Assembly: GCA_964016885.1 (NCBI GenBank)
Contig: OZ024741.1
Span: 351,850,001 to 351,914,000, forward strand
Direction of reading: 5' to 3'
DNA length: 64,000 nt
Source of the DNA: Eledone cirrhosa
Taxonomy: Eukaryota
Shown here in pieces: positions 25,341 through 38,381 of this stretch (the first letter of the stretch is position 1; each line of letters begins with the position of its first letter). Both the position numbers and the translations under genes were made by a program. A model generated the notes under the pieces. That model made no database searches and was not told the origin of the DNA. It worked only from the letters and a program-made list of their open reading frames with translations.

Positions 25341-26794
25341 CACACACACATATATATATGCACACACACATATATCACATTTTAGAGCATTTGTTTATTG
25401 TCTCCACATACACCACACACTCACACAGTCTACCAACATTAAGATTCAGAAATAACATTAAAACACAAACATGCATACCACCTACCTCTCTCTCCCCCTC
25501 ACTCTCTCTGTCTATTCCTCCCCACTATCATATATCCTTCTCTCTAATGCAAGAACTATACCACAATACATTATAAAAATCGATATTACAAATTTAATGA
25601 ATACCTACAAATTAATAAAGTTTCATTTTATTTTGTTTCATGCTTGATTGTGTTGTGTTTTGTATGTTTACTCTAGTAGTAGTTGTTGTAGGTTGTAGTC
25701 ATAGTAGTAGTAGTATCAGTTGTTGTTGTTGTAACAGTATTAGTAGTTGTTTTGCCATCTCTCCAAAGAGATTGTTGTGTTTTCACAATTAGACACAAGA
25801 AAATATCACTTTGGCCCATCCTCCTCACCCTGCAAGCAATTTAAAAGTTTTCTAATGAAATAAGAACATATATATATATATATATAAATAATAATGATGA
25901 TCATGATCATGATAATAATAAGAAAAAGAAGCAGAAAGAAAGATCTTTCTCTAATGTCAAATTTCCAAGCAATCTGAAACAGAACTGTCAGACATTTTTA
26001 CACATACAATACAAATATATAAACATAAACATACATCTATATTCTATAATATATAGACTTATTCATTATGTTTCAGCAAAGCATCTATTCCACAGTAACT
26101 CACTTCTTGTCTGATGAAGCTTACTGAACACACACTTTGACGAAACATTGTGGCTGTAATGTAGGATTATCAATAAATCTACATTTACAATACTCCATTA
26201 TATATATTGATTTCTTCCTCTATTGTGTGCTATGACAATTACAAGATGAGAACCCTACCATATTATTGCCTGACAAATATTCTTTTAGGGAACCCACTAT
26301 ATACCTGAAAATAGTCATTGCCTTAAGCAGTATATTTATTAACCTTTTCATTACCATATTTCTAATGTGATTTTCAATTAATTTTGAAAATAATCAAGAA
26401 TTTGGAGAGAATTAATAAAATATCTACATTTCTCCATATTAAGCAATTACATAAAACAAGGACAGACGGTTTTTATATAAGTATATACAGTTTTGTGTTA
26501 CAGAATCATGAGCTGTTTTATGTGGTTTGGTATCAAAAGGCTTTAGGAAGATAACATAAAACAATTGACATAATAGGGACTGAAGAAGAATATTAGCATT
26601 TTCAGTATTATTTATTGTCTTATAGTAAGGAGAGTGTAATTTAGTATATAATAGTAAGTGTTGGTGGTGGTGGTGAAGAAGAAGAAAAAGAAGCATAGCA
26701 GGTGGAGAGAAAGAAAATTTTAGAACAATAAGGCTTTCTATAACTTGACTAGCAACATTAAAGGTATACATCAGACAGGCAGGGTGTGTTGAGG

Positions 26795-26955
26795 TATAGA
26801 GTGGTGTGGTGTAATGTAGTGTGGTGTGGTGTTGTGTAGTGTGGTGTGGTGTTGTGTAGTGTGGTGTGGTGTGGTGTAGTGTGCTGAGGTATAATGTAGA
26901 GTGGTGTGGTGTAGTGTAGTGTGGTGTTGTGTTGTGTTGTGTGGTGTTGTGTAGT
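26795..26955. repeat. Pentanucleotide microsatellite (GTGTG/GTGTA/GTGTT)n
   Basis: Directly visible. Confidence 0.9.
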
Positions 26956-27074
26956 GCCATCAGTGACCAGTAAGAGTGACAAGTAGGAAAAGGGAGAACG
27001 AAAGAAGCAGATGGTCTAAAAGCTGATGAATGTATTTAAATGTTTATGTGATCTCCTCTCATCCATTTTATTCC

Positions 27075-27840
27075 TTTTCTCCTTTCTTCATTTCTCTCCA
27101 ATCAGTGCATATCCTCTGCAGTCATTGCCAATGTTTCAGAACCATGCAGCATTACACTTTATACACAGGTGATATACAGCAAGCCTTTCATTTGGAAGAA
27201 AAAAACCTTTTGTTTTCAACAGAGGGAGAAGTTCCCTAAACTTCTTGCATCCTACCCTTATTCTAGCTACTTTGCTTTTGGAGCACTCTTCTCCACTGCT
27301 AATTAAATCACTAAGATAGCAGAAGCTATCAACCACTTCTATGGATCCTTCCTGGAAAATATTTATATCATTGTTGCTGTTGCTATCAATTAACCCTGAA
27401 CATCTACATACAAAGTTTTCCTTTCCTGTTAGTCAATCTGTTATCTCACATCTCTTGTGTATCCAAGATTTACATTGTGTACAATGTATAGAGTTTTTGC
27501 CTACGCCTTTTCTACATATTGAGCAGGGCCACTTTCATGATGGAATCACGGTCTTATTTTCTTTCCTACTTACTAGCACTAGAGTTATGGTTAAGTTTAC
27601 TCGCAACCCTCTAGATTCCAAATCCTGTTTCCAAAATCAGAACTTAATCTCCTCCATGGTTTCAGCTATGAGGACCAGATCATCAGCGTACAGAAGTTCC
27701 TGTAGGCAGTCAGTCTTAAACAACTCTGTTATGGCCTGGAGAACTATGATAAATAGAAGTGGGCTGAGGATCAAACACTGATGAACTCCTACATGTATCT
27801 TAAATTCCTCACTAAGCTCATTTCTTACTTTCACTTGGGT
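27075..27840 (-). pseudogene. Decayed RTE RT fragment
   Basis: [29 protein letters not shown], Zn finger remnant and [17 protein letters not shown]. Confidence 0.9.
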
Positions 27841-27874
27841 TTTGAGGAGATGAAGAAAGAGAGGGAGAGCTTTT

Positions 27875-28340
27875 CTCATCCCCCACCCACCCAGGTGGTT
27901 TTGTTTGAGTCTATTGATGTTGTTTGTGGTGGTTCAGTTGTTGCTGTTGGTGGTGGTGTAGGTTTTGTTGTTGCTGCTAGTGGTGTCATTGGTTCTACCA
28001 TTGTTGATGTTGTTGAGGCTCTGGTGTTGGCAGCAACAGTACTCTGTGGCTCCCTGCAATGTTTAGCTTGTTGCAGGCAAAAGGCTTGTAAGTGAGTTGC
28101 TTCACCACAGATGAAGCAGTGTTGCATTCTGCCTTCAATGTTCAGCTTTTTGGGATTTAAAAGAAATGCATCTGTATTATTCTAGTCCTACTTTCTGTTG
28201 CTGCCATTACTTCTGCTGAAATGGTTAGGTTGGCCCAGGTTTTTTCTCTCTTAATGAGTTTCGCTGACTGGGCTAAACAGTCTTCTTTGTCTGAGATGTC
28301 TACCTTATGAAGTTGCGGATTAGCAGCCGCAGCTGCAAAT
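27875..28340 (-). pseudogene. Gag-like ORF1 fragment with CCHC knuckle (L1/Tx1-like LINE)
   Basis: NIEGRMQHCFICGEATHLQAFC fits C-x2-C-x4-H-x4-C, followed by a Thr/Pro-rich linker. Confidence 0.6.
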
Positions 28341-30249
28341 GAGCTGTTGTTGTTGTTTGTTCCGGTATTGTTGGTGTTGGTGGATGGTTAAAAGATTTTT
28401 TTTGTAATGGAGAAAGATCTTTGTAAAATACAATAGGAGAAAGCAAGCCACTGCCCTGGAAAGAACACATGTACACACAGGTACATATACACTTAGATAT
28501 ATATAGGTACACCCTCACATATATATATAGGTACAGTCATATATATATATATATATATAGGTGTAGAGCCTCATACACCAACTGAATGTAATGATATATG
28601 ATAGTCCAAACAAAGTACCAAACCACCAACCCACTCAACCAGCCATCCAACCAATCAACCCACCTACCAACTAGCTAACCAATATGCAGTCAATGTCATC
28701 CCTCCCCTTCTATTTCTTTCTGTCAATGTCCCATCAGAGAGAGACATTGACAGAAAGAGAGGGGGAGAAAGACAGGCAGAAAGTGGGAGGCGGTATTGAT
28801 AGAAAAAAGAGAGGGAAAGGGTATTGACAGAAAGAGAGGGGAGGGGGACATTGACAGAAAGAAGGAGGGGGAATAAAAGGGAGAGATTAGGATTAGAGAA
28901 GAACAAGGTTGACTGGGCTAGAGAAATAATTTTAGTATGTAGCAACAGCAGCCACCACCACAACCACCTGACACAACAACAGCACTATCTGAAACCACCA
29001 CCACCGCCACCAGCACAGTTGTAGCAGCAGTAACAGCAGCTAAAGGCACTTTCTATTGACACTGGGCAAAGCTAGCTTAAGTCAAGATGGCCTGCCTTCT
29101 CCCACTCTCCCCTTACTTTGACATTGATTTATATAATTACATTTTCATGAGTTCAGGATAATTATCATCATCATCACATCATTTTCATTTTCATGCTGTT
29201 ATTAATGTTGGTAGTGGTGATGACAATGGTGATAGTGATGATAACAATGATGTTGGCGATGATGATGATGATGATGATGACAACGATGATGGTGGTGGTA
29301 GTAATAGACAGACAAGCAGGGATAAAATACTAAATGGTAGTCCCCCTACTGCCATACAACCTTCTTCCACCACCATACAACCTCTCCCCCTACCACTACA
29401 ACTTCCAATCACTACCACCACCACAACTACTCCTATCAATGGAATAGCAAGACATATATGTCTTTTGTTGTTGTTTTAAATGTCTTAGTCAGAAGAAAAA
29501 GAGCAGTGCCCCTGACCTTTAGCAAAAGACCCCTCCTTCCTACAAACCCAAGACTGGAAGAAAGGGAGTGGAAACCTTAAACCAAAGCCCTGCTATGAAT
29601 GCTTGCAGCATGGTATACTCCTCTAAAAGCATCTAAGTGGTAGGTTAACCCTTTCCCTACTATATATCTAATAAAAGATACTTTCTAACCTTTTCTTTAC
29701 TATATATCTAATGAAAGATACTTTCAAACATTTTACTTAGAATATATCTAATGAAAGATACACTATATTTTCAAATAATTTTGAAAATAATCAAGAATTT
29801 AGTAATAAAACTAACCTTCTCATCATTAAGCTGGTATTTAGAACATAACTTAGGTTCTTACATAAAATTATGATGGATGGTGTTCCTATAAATATAAACA
29901 ATTTAAAAAAAAAGTTTGTATTGAAATTCACCTCAATGGCTTGGTATCAAAAGGGCCAAGTCTACAACAAAAAACTGTCACAGTTTAGCCAACAAGCTTC
30001 CACTTAGTTTTCATCAACCAAATTTCACTTATAAGACATTGACCATCAGATGGATAGTACATGTAATTCAAAGGATCCAGCCACATCACATTGTGTCAAG
30101 CTGATTCAGCTTGGGAATTACATCAAGCATATGTGTCTGTGAAATACTCAACCATTTACTCATTAATTCATGAGTTAGATGTTTGGCTGACTGAATAAAT
30201 GCTCAACAATGAAAGCAGCAGAGAATCAATCCTCATCACTTAGTGGTAA

Positions 30250-31120
30250 ATAAGGATTTCTAACATTTAACACAAAACCAGAAGCATGAAAGGCAAAGTT
30301 GACCTCGACAGGATTTGAACTCAGAACAAAGGGTTGTAACTAAATGCTGCAAAGTATTTTGTCTGACACTAATGGTTCTGCCAATCCACCACCCTTTAAA
30401 TGATTTCTGTTTTAGGCACAATGCCAGAAACTGGGGGGGGGGGGGGTTAATTAAATTCACACCAGTACTTGACTGGTACTTTATTTTATCAACTTCAGAA
30501 AGATGGAAAGCAAAGTTAACTTAAAAATACTGTTACTTATTTGTCCAATGCTCTAATGACTCTCCCAATCTACTACCCTCCACTTGATGGTAAATAATAA
30601 TTGTTTCTATTTTTTGGCACAAGGCTAGCAATTACCCAGTACATTACTGGTACTTTATTTTATCGACCCCGTAAGGATGAAAGGCAAAGTTAACCTCGGC
30701 GGGATTTGAACTCAGATCATAAAGGGACGTAACTCTATGCTTCAAAGCATGGTGTCCAACTCTCTACCGATACTGCCAATCCATGGTAAATAATGATTTC
30801 TACTTTTGGCACAAGGCCAGCAATTATCCCAGTGTTTTACTGGTACTTTATTTTATCGACTCCGTAAGGATGAAAGGCAAAGTTAATCTTGGCGGGATTT
30901 GAACTCAGACTGTAAAGGACCCTGGTAAATAATAATGGTTTCTTATATAGGCACAAGGCCAGTAATTTTTGGAAGGGGAAGTTGATTAAATTGACCCCAG
31001 TGCGTGATTGGTACTTTATTTTATCGACCCCGTAATAAAGATCATAAAGGGACGTAACTCTATGTTTCAAAGCATGGTGTCCGACTCTCTACTGATACTG
31101 CCAATCCATGGTAAATAATA
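30250..31120 (-). mobile_element. Cluster of tandem and partial MetaSINE-like copies
   Basis: Repeated GGTACTTTATTTTATCGACCCCGTAAGGATGAAAGGCAAAGTTAACCTCGGCGGGATTTGAACTC. Confidence 0.85.
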
Positions 31121-31665
31121 ATGACAGCTTCAAACCATACACCACTAGCTTAGCCCATTTGATACCAAACTGTTGGAAACTTCCTGGTTTTATAATAAAA
31201 AGCTGTATATTTCTCTTTACGATTAAAATTTGATGTAAAAAAACCTTTGTAAAGTTATATTACTGAATCTCTCTAAATTTTTCATTATCTTCAAAATTAT
31301 TTTACAATTAATGAGTCTTTTATTAAACCTGAAAGGTTTAAACTGACTCAAGTACTTGACTGAATGTAGCATTGGCGAATGTTAAAGAAGTTTACTTTGC
31401 AAAAATAAGGTTCAAGGTTCACTGCTACTGTTAAATATCTTTTACCATAGTCTTTGGTTGACCACAAGCAGTGTGTTTCATTAGAAATATGTTAATACCA
31501 GCTTTAAAAAGTCAGAAGGAGACATTGCATAATGGATAATATAATCCCAGATACATTATGTCTGAATAAAAGATGGGATTGATAACTAGTGGATGTCTGA
31601 ATTGACAAGAATCAATTCAGTATAGAAAATACTATAGCAATAACTAGGATAGGCTTTTGGTCAGA

Positions 31666-31704
<39 letters not shown>

Positions 31705-31711
31705 TGTGTCT

Positions 31712-31743
<32 letters not shown>

Positions 31744-32049
31744 ATTTGTTTAGCTGAGTGTGTGCATGTATGGATATGTATTTGGGAAGATGTGTACTTT
31801 CATGTGTGTGTTCATCTATTTGTATAAATGTGTGTGTTGCAAGAACAATATTGGTTATTAATTGATAGGAGAAAAAGGGAGGAATAGAAAAAGAGAGAGG
31901 GAGGGAATATAAAGAGAGAGAGAGAGAGGATGTTTAAAAAAAGGGGGAGGAGGAGGGAATAGAGAGAGAGTGGGAGAGGGAAAGAATGGAAAGGGAGAAA
32001 GGGAGTCAATAGAAAGAGAGGGAAAGCTGTCTTTTTATTATTATTTTCT

Positions 32050-32232
32050 TGTGGATTGGCAGTATTGGTAGAGGGTGGGACGCCATGCTTTGATGCATCG
32101 AGTTACGGCCCTTGCCATTCTGAGTTCAAATCCCGCCGAGGTTAACTTTGCCTTTCATCCTTACGGGATCGATAAAATAAAGTACCAGTAATGTACTGGT
32201 TAATTGCTGGCCTTGTGCCAAAAGTAGAAACA
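32050..32232 (+). mobile_element. MetaSINE-like copy
   Basis: A- and B-boxes plus Meta-like core, flanked by an ATTATTTTCTT direct repeat (probable TSD). Confidence 0.85.
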
Positions 32233-32869
32233 ATTATTTTCTTTTCAAGGTGAAAGAAATTCTAGTTTATTATGGGAAGGGCAGTGGTTGTGTAGGTGAT
32301 GGCTATAGTGGTGGTGGTTATGTGTAAGTGGTGGCTGCAGTTGTGGTAGTATACAAGGTGGCAGTGGTGGTGACTGTAGTGAGAGTATGATGGTAGACAT
32401 GGTGGGAGTGATGTATAGAAAGATGGTGTGGAGCTGGGGGACCAGAGGAAACAGAACCATTATTTTCTTGCTTGGACATGTCTGAAGAGGTAAAAGGATT
32501 TATGTGTGAGCGTGTGAGTGTCTATGCATCTCTTTATATTTTTCTCTCTCTCTTTCTTGTGCATACACACACACACACACATGAAACTAGGCAGTACAAT
32601 TTTAGTTAATCTCAGCATGATATTAAATCACTAAGAGTGTATAATGACTCAATAGATAATCAGTGCTATGACTTTATGATGAAGAGAATACTGTAGAAAA
32701 AAGAAAATCAGAGAAAGCAGACTGCAATTATACCATATCAAATACGTTGTGATGTAGTGTGTTGCAATTGCTCTTTGTTGTAAATGTTTGTTGAGAGTGT
32801 TGTATTTGTATGACCAATGTTGCAATTGGTTTCATGAAGTTTACTACTTATATTTTTGCAGATGATTAA

Positions 32870-33365
32870 TAATAATGTTTATATTTTGGCACAAGGCCAG
32901 CAATTATCCCAGTACATTACTGGTACTTTATTTTATCGATACCATAAGGATGAAAGGCAAAGTTAACCTCGGCGGGATTTGAACTCAGATTGTAAAGGGA
33001 CGTAACTATGCTAGAAAGCATGGCGTCCAACCCTCTACCGATTCTGCCAATTCACCGCCAATAATAATAATAATTGTTTCTACTTTTGGCACAAGGCCAG
33101 CAATTATCACAGTACATTACTAGTACTTTATTTTATCGACCCCGTAAGGATGAAAGGCAAAGTTAACCTCGGCGGGATTTGTATAATGTAGAAAAAAGAA
33201 AATCGGGGAAAGCGGACTGCAATCATACCATATCAAATACGTTGTGATGTAGTGTGTAATAATAATGGTTTCTGACAAGGCCAGCAGTTTTGGAGAGGGG
33301 AAAATCAATTAAATCAACCCCAGTGCATTACTTTGCTGTTTTATTTTATCAATCCCGTAAAGATG
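32870..33365 (-). mobile_element. Tandem MetaSINE-like copies (one full, two partial)
   Basis: Same core on the minus strand. The head GGCGGTGAATTGGCAGAATCGG is at about 33040-33060. Confidence 0.85.
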
Positions 33366-33374
33366 AATAATAAT

Positions 33375-35150
33375 AATGATGATTTCTTTATTAACCACAG
33401 AGGGTTTACATCAAGAAAAACATTATGACGGCACAGGTCGAAAACACAGAGTGCATGTATGTGTGTGGGTGGGAGGGTTGCACGTAAATACTTGCAACAA
33501 TTTTTTTAAAAATAAGAAAAGTTTATAAAATGATAAAGTGGATTCCTTAATAGGGAGAAGATGTTTGAGGGTTACTCATGAAAAAACCCCCATAAAACCA
33601 TGGGTGTCCTGATTTCTAGGATTTACAGGCTCACATACAGAGCGGGCCCATCCAATCAGGCCTTGCTCACTCCTCTCATCCACCTTTCAACAAACTGCTC
33701 CAAAGTAAGCACTTCCCTCTTTACCCTGATTTTCCTCTTCAAGTGGAACCTGAAGAAGTTAATCAGGGCTTCGCCGAAGAGGAGAGTGCTTGTCTTCAAT
33801 CCTTTCAAGCGTGTCCACCATACAACCTATTTCGCCATGGCCACAAGACACATTAAAAACAGCCTTATTAAAGGAAGGTAGCAGGGCAATCTTCACAATG
33901 GAATTGGCCAATAGTCACATTCCTCCTACATGCAACAGCAGGTGTGATCAACATAAACCCACACACTAGCAATGCTCGGACACTGAATGATTGTATGTAG
34001 GAAAGTTTTGACGTCTTGCGCACATCTTGGACAGGCCCTGCTGGTGGCACTTCCATGCCTGTAGAGTTTATCCCGAACTGGCAAAGCCTCTCAGTAGCAC
34101 AGCTAGGCCTTGGATTTCTGGAAATTGTTCATCAGCCCTGGTCCGAAAGTCCTCTTAAAAAGAGTGGCTAGTTGATTTTCGTCATCACTGAGAGTTTCTC
34201 CAAAAACATTGTCGCTCTCATTGGTCACTAACTCTCTATAGAACGCTAAGGTGGCATTTCCACCAATCATACTGCCCGATTGGCCATGGCTACAAGACAG
34301 ATTAAAAATAGCTTGCCCTATTCCACTAAAGGAAAGCAGCGAGGCAATCTTCACAAAGGACTTGGCTGATAGCCGGATTCACCCTACACAAAACAGGTGT
34401 TCAACAAAAACCCACAAGTCAGCAATGCTCAGACACTGAGGTTGTTGAGCAGGTGGCTCCCCTTCCAAGACAGCCCCAGGCCATGAACATTCATATTGCC
34501 TATCTTGAGTGAGGCCATGATCGATCAAGAAGAGGAGAAAGTGAGAAAGTTGGTGATGTTGATGTTGTCTGGATTTTGGTAGTTGTTGGAGAGATTTTTC
34601 GTGTTGGTAGGATTTTGGTAGTTGTTGGAGAGATTTTTCATGTTGCTTTTAGTGAAGGCTCTCATGTGGTTTGTGGAAAGACAGATGTGACATCTGGTTT
34701 TCCTCTCTTCCACTCAAAAACTGGAAGAATTATACTGCCTGGAAGATGTATTTGCTCTAGGATGGTGTCTACATTCCTTTGCGTTTTTTGCATAGGATTT
34801 CAAACCCCATTCTCGACCAATTTTCTTTGTTAGTATGGTAGACCTCAAGGATTTTCGAATTTTCCTCAAAATCTACTGTGACTGCAGCTATTAGCCAAGG
34901 AATGGCTATTACTGGCAGAATATGTAAAATTCAGATCCTTACTAGTCTCATTCCACAGTAGAATAGGACAAGCAGAATCTTGTCACTCTGTAAGGGCTTC
35001 ATGGAGTGAGATCTTGCTTCTTCCTCTGCATCAAATCTCACCCCCACCGTGTCAAAAGCCCTGCTTCTTTGTATATAAGTTTTTAGATTCCATACAGGAC
35101 CCAAAGCCTTTTGAATTTGAGCCTCTGTTTTCAATCCAATAACACAATAA
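33375..35150 (-). pseudogene. Decayed L1/Tx1-like LINE: ORF1 piece with knuckle remnant plus ORF2 C-terminus
   Basis: ERKTRCHICLSTNHMRAF (knuckle remnant). LFKRTFGPGLMNNFQKS..EALPVRDKLYRHG and a Cys/His C-terminal motif. 3' end AATAAAG followed by an ATT-rich tail. Confidence 0.6.
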
Positions 35151-35154
35151 TCAA

Positions 35155-35995
35155 GTTAAAGATAGCGAGTTTGGGTTTTGCATCTACCTCCCTTCTGTTG
35201 ACTGAATGCTGAAGCTGGCCCATTACTGCACCAGCTCCTGCAGAAGTATGGGATCGATGGACAGCTTCTTGTTGTCCTGATGTCTCTATATGAATGCCCT
35301 AGTATTTGTGATTGGATAAATGGGGCTAAGTCAAAACTATTCAATGTCAGTGTCTGACTCCATCAAGGGTGCATAGTATTGCCTCTTCTGTTCATAGCTT
35401 CTACTACCTAGGTAATTTAATTAGCAATGGAAGAGGTTGCTCAGAGAGCTTAGTAACTAGAATAAGAAAAGGATACAAAAAGTTTATGAAACTTATTTCT
35501 GTTGACAGAAAAGATTTCTCTATACAAACAAAATGCTGGCTGTATGATGCCTGTGTGCAATGTTGCATGTGAGTGAGACATGAGCAGTAAATGCAGAAGA
35601 TATGGGAAGACTGAAGAGAAATGAAACAAGCAAGCAAGCTCCAATGGATGTGCAATGTTTATGTGCATGAACAATAAAGCATGGATGAGCTGAGAGAAAA
35701 GCTGGGTATGCAAGGAATCAGATGTTGTGTGCAGGAGAGAAGACTGCACTGGCATAGACACTTGATATGTATAGATGACTGCACGAAATAGATGAAGTGC
35801 CGAGAAATTCCAGTGGAAGGAAGTTGCATAAAGGGAGACAAAGAAAAACCTGGTCAGAGATTATGAGAGCTGATCTCAGATTACTGAAGCTCATAGAGGA
35901 GATGATATAGAAACACAAGTGGAGGGATGCTGTGCTGGAAAAGATACATCCAACTCATACAAGCACGGAGAAATGGATGTAAAATGATGATGATA
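35155..35995 (+). pseudogene. Decayed LINE RT fragments with RTE-like 3' end
   Basis: QKYGIDGQLL..SLY..INGAKS..LHQGC, then FYYLGNLIS..GCSES..ERRLHW, ending in a (GAT)n tail. Confidence 0.8.
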
Positions 35996-37358
35996 ACAAA
36001 TATATATATATACATATATGTAGAAAAAGTAAAGATGAAAAATTAAGTTATTTCATTCTTCTGACATATTTTCTAGTAAAATAAACCAAAACACAAAACA
36101 GTGAAAAACCTTACTCACGCTCCATCATATCCATATATCGTAATCTGAACGCTGACTGAATATTTATCCTTGTAATACATATGAGAGAACTCTTCAGTTG
36201 TTTCAACGATATGACAACCTCCTTAGTGTTGATGCTATGATAAAATACACCCAGTACACATTATAGAGTATTGGAAGGTATGTAAGTGAGAGAGGTCAGT
36301 GGCCCAACTAAGTACTAAGTTTGTTTATAATGACCTGTCCAACCTTCATTAGCTAGGAGAATGAACATTAAAGAATGATGATGATAAACATGTGGCTACA
36401 AACCAATGAAAAGGTCAATCAACACATTATGTTGAAGTAAAATATACATATTAACATCAGACGTAAACAAATATGTTTAATGAAACCAATGGTAATGCAC
36501 AGACAAATCAAACTCTTAATATATACATCTATAAGAGACTTTCTACTGCTTCCTCGTCTTTTCCTCTCTCTTTCATTTCCAACAAATATTAATGCTCAAG
36601 AAAATGAGACAATACATTTCTACGAATGCGTTTTTCATTTTTTTAATTTTGTTTCTTTTATTGTTTTCTTTGTTATTTTTTGGTTATTTTAATCAATAAT
36701 TTATTTGTAAGGAACTAAAGCTCTCTACAACACCTTCACCACCACCATTGTCATTACCATCAGCACCATTGCCATCACTATCACCCCCACCCCCACCACT
36801 ACAATCTTTACTAGCACCACCACCAGAAACAACAGCCTTCTTTGCAAGAATGAACATAAGTTAAGATGATAGAGATGTCAGCCATAATCAAATCTATTGA
36901 CTGCTAACAAGCAGAAGAAGCAAAGATGGAGCATAATATATATAATATATACACACACACACATATACATACATATATACACACACACACACATATATAT
37001 AATTGAAAATATAAACACCACAATGCAGATAACTATTATAATAATTGATAACTATAGATAAAGGTTAATTAAATAGTGAAAAGTAACCCTGGAGATGGAA
37101 AAAAGTGGACAGAGATGGCGGCATAGAGATATGTCATACATTTCCCATCGGTTTTTGTCCACATATTTTTCCATTCCCTATTACAAATTTCCTAATGCTT
37201 CATAGATCAACCAGTTTTTTTTACACTTATACACAGTATTGGCAAATGAGAGAATGAGTACTCAATACCACAGTAAAGATTAATATTTTAATAAGATCCA
37301 GTGACCTGATATTCTGGAGTTTCCACTTGCATGCTACATGTACATGTGTGTGCGCATG

Positions 37359-37418
<60 letters not shown>

Positions 37419-37592
37419 CAAAATATCTGCTCAGTAATACATCTTGTGTCTCTGCTCTGTAATACATTTGATAATTTACATTCAGCTTTTTCTCTTACTG
37501 GTAATTGGGGAGTGCTTAATACTACCCTTTCATATTTATTATTATATATAACTCATATATAAGTATAAATAATATCATTATTATAATATATA

Positions 37593-38198
37593 AGGGCGGT
37601 GGATTGACAGTATCGGTAGAGAGTCGGACGCCATGCTTTCCAGCATAGTTACGTCCCTTTACGATCTGAGTTCAAATCCCGCCGAGGTTGACTTTGCCTT
37701 TCATCCTTACGGGGTCGATAAAATAAAGTACCAGTAATGCACTGGGTAATTGCTGGCCTTATGCCTAAAGTAGAAACAATTATTATAATATATAAGGGCG
37801 GTGGATTGGCAGTATCGGTAGAGAGTCGGACGCCATGCTTTCCAGCATAGTTACGTCCCTTTACGATCTGAGTTCAAATCCCGCCGAGGTTGACTTTGCT
37901 TTTCATCCTTACGGGGTCGATAAAATAAAGTACCAGTAATGCACTGGGTATTTGCTGGCCTTGTGCCTAAAGTAGAAACAATTATTATAATATATATATA
38001 TATGGGGTGGTGGATTGGCAGTATCAGTAGAGGGTCAGACACTATGCTTTGATGCATAGAGTTATGGCCCTTGCTATTCTGAGTTCAAATCGCACGAAGG
38101 TTAACTTTGCTTTTCATCCTTACGGGGTCAATAAAATAAAGCACCAGTAATACACTGGAATAATTGCTGGCCTTGTGCCAAAAGTAGAAACAATTATT
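37593..38198 (+). mobile_element. Three tandem full-length MetaSINE-like copies (period 202 bp for the first two)
   Basis: GGGCGGTGGATTGGCAGTATCGG head, B-box and core, with copies separated by ATTATTATAATATATA. Confidence 0.9.
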
Positions 38199-38276
38199 GA
38201 TATATATATATATATATATATGTGTAAATGCATTTTTGTTTTTAGAATCCAATATCAATAAATAGACCAGGATTTT

Positions 38277-38334
38277 TTCATTCTGATGATTGAAAGCAAA
38301 ATTTTTGCTTTTAAGAAACCACTGGTAAATGGAA
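38277..38334 (+). ncRNA. Intact minimal type I hammerhead in a solo PLE terminal repeat (about 38222-38365)
   Basis: TTCATT CTGATGA TTGAAAGCAAAA/TTTTGCTTTTAA GAAA CCA C TGG TA^AATGGA. Nearly identical to 56490-56623. Confidence 0.85.
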
Positions 38335-38381
38335 TAATTGCCTTATGTTGTTTATTACATAACTATATATATATATATATA

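Noticed and set aside
32692-33257. ~70-bp direct repeat at about 32692-32762 and 33187-33257
   Set aside because: Most simply a local duplication around SINE insertions; no internal structure or coding signal.
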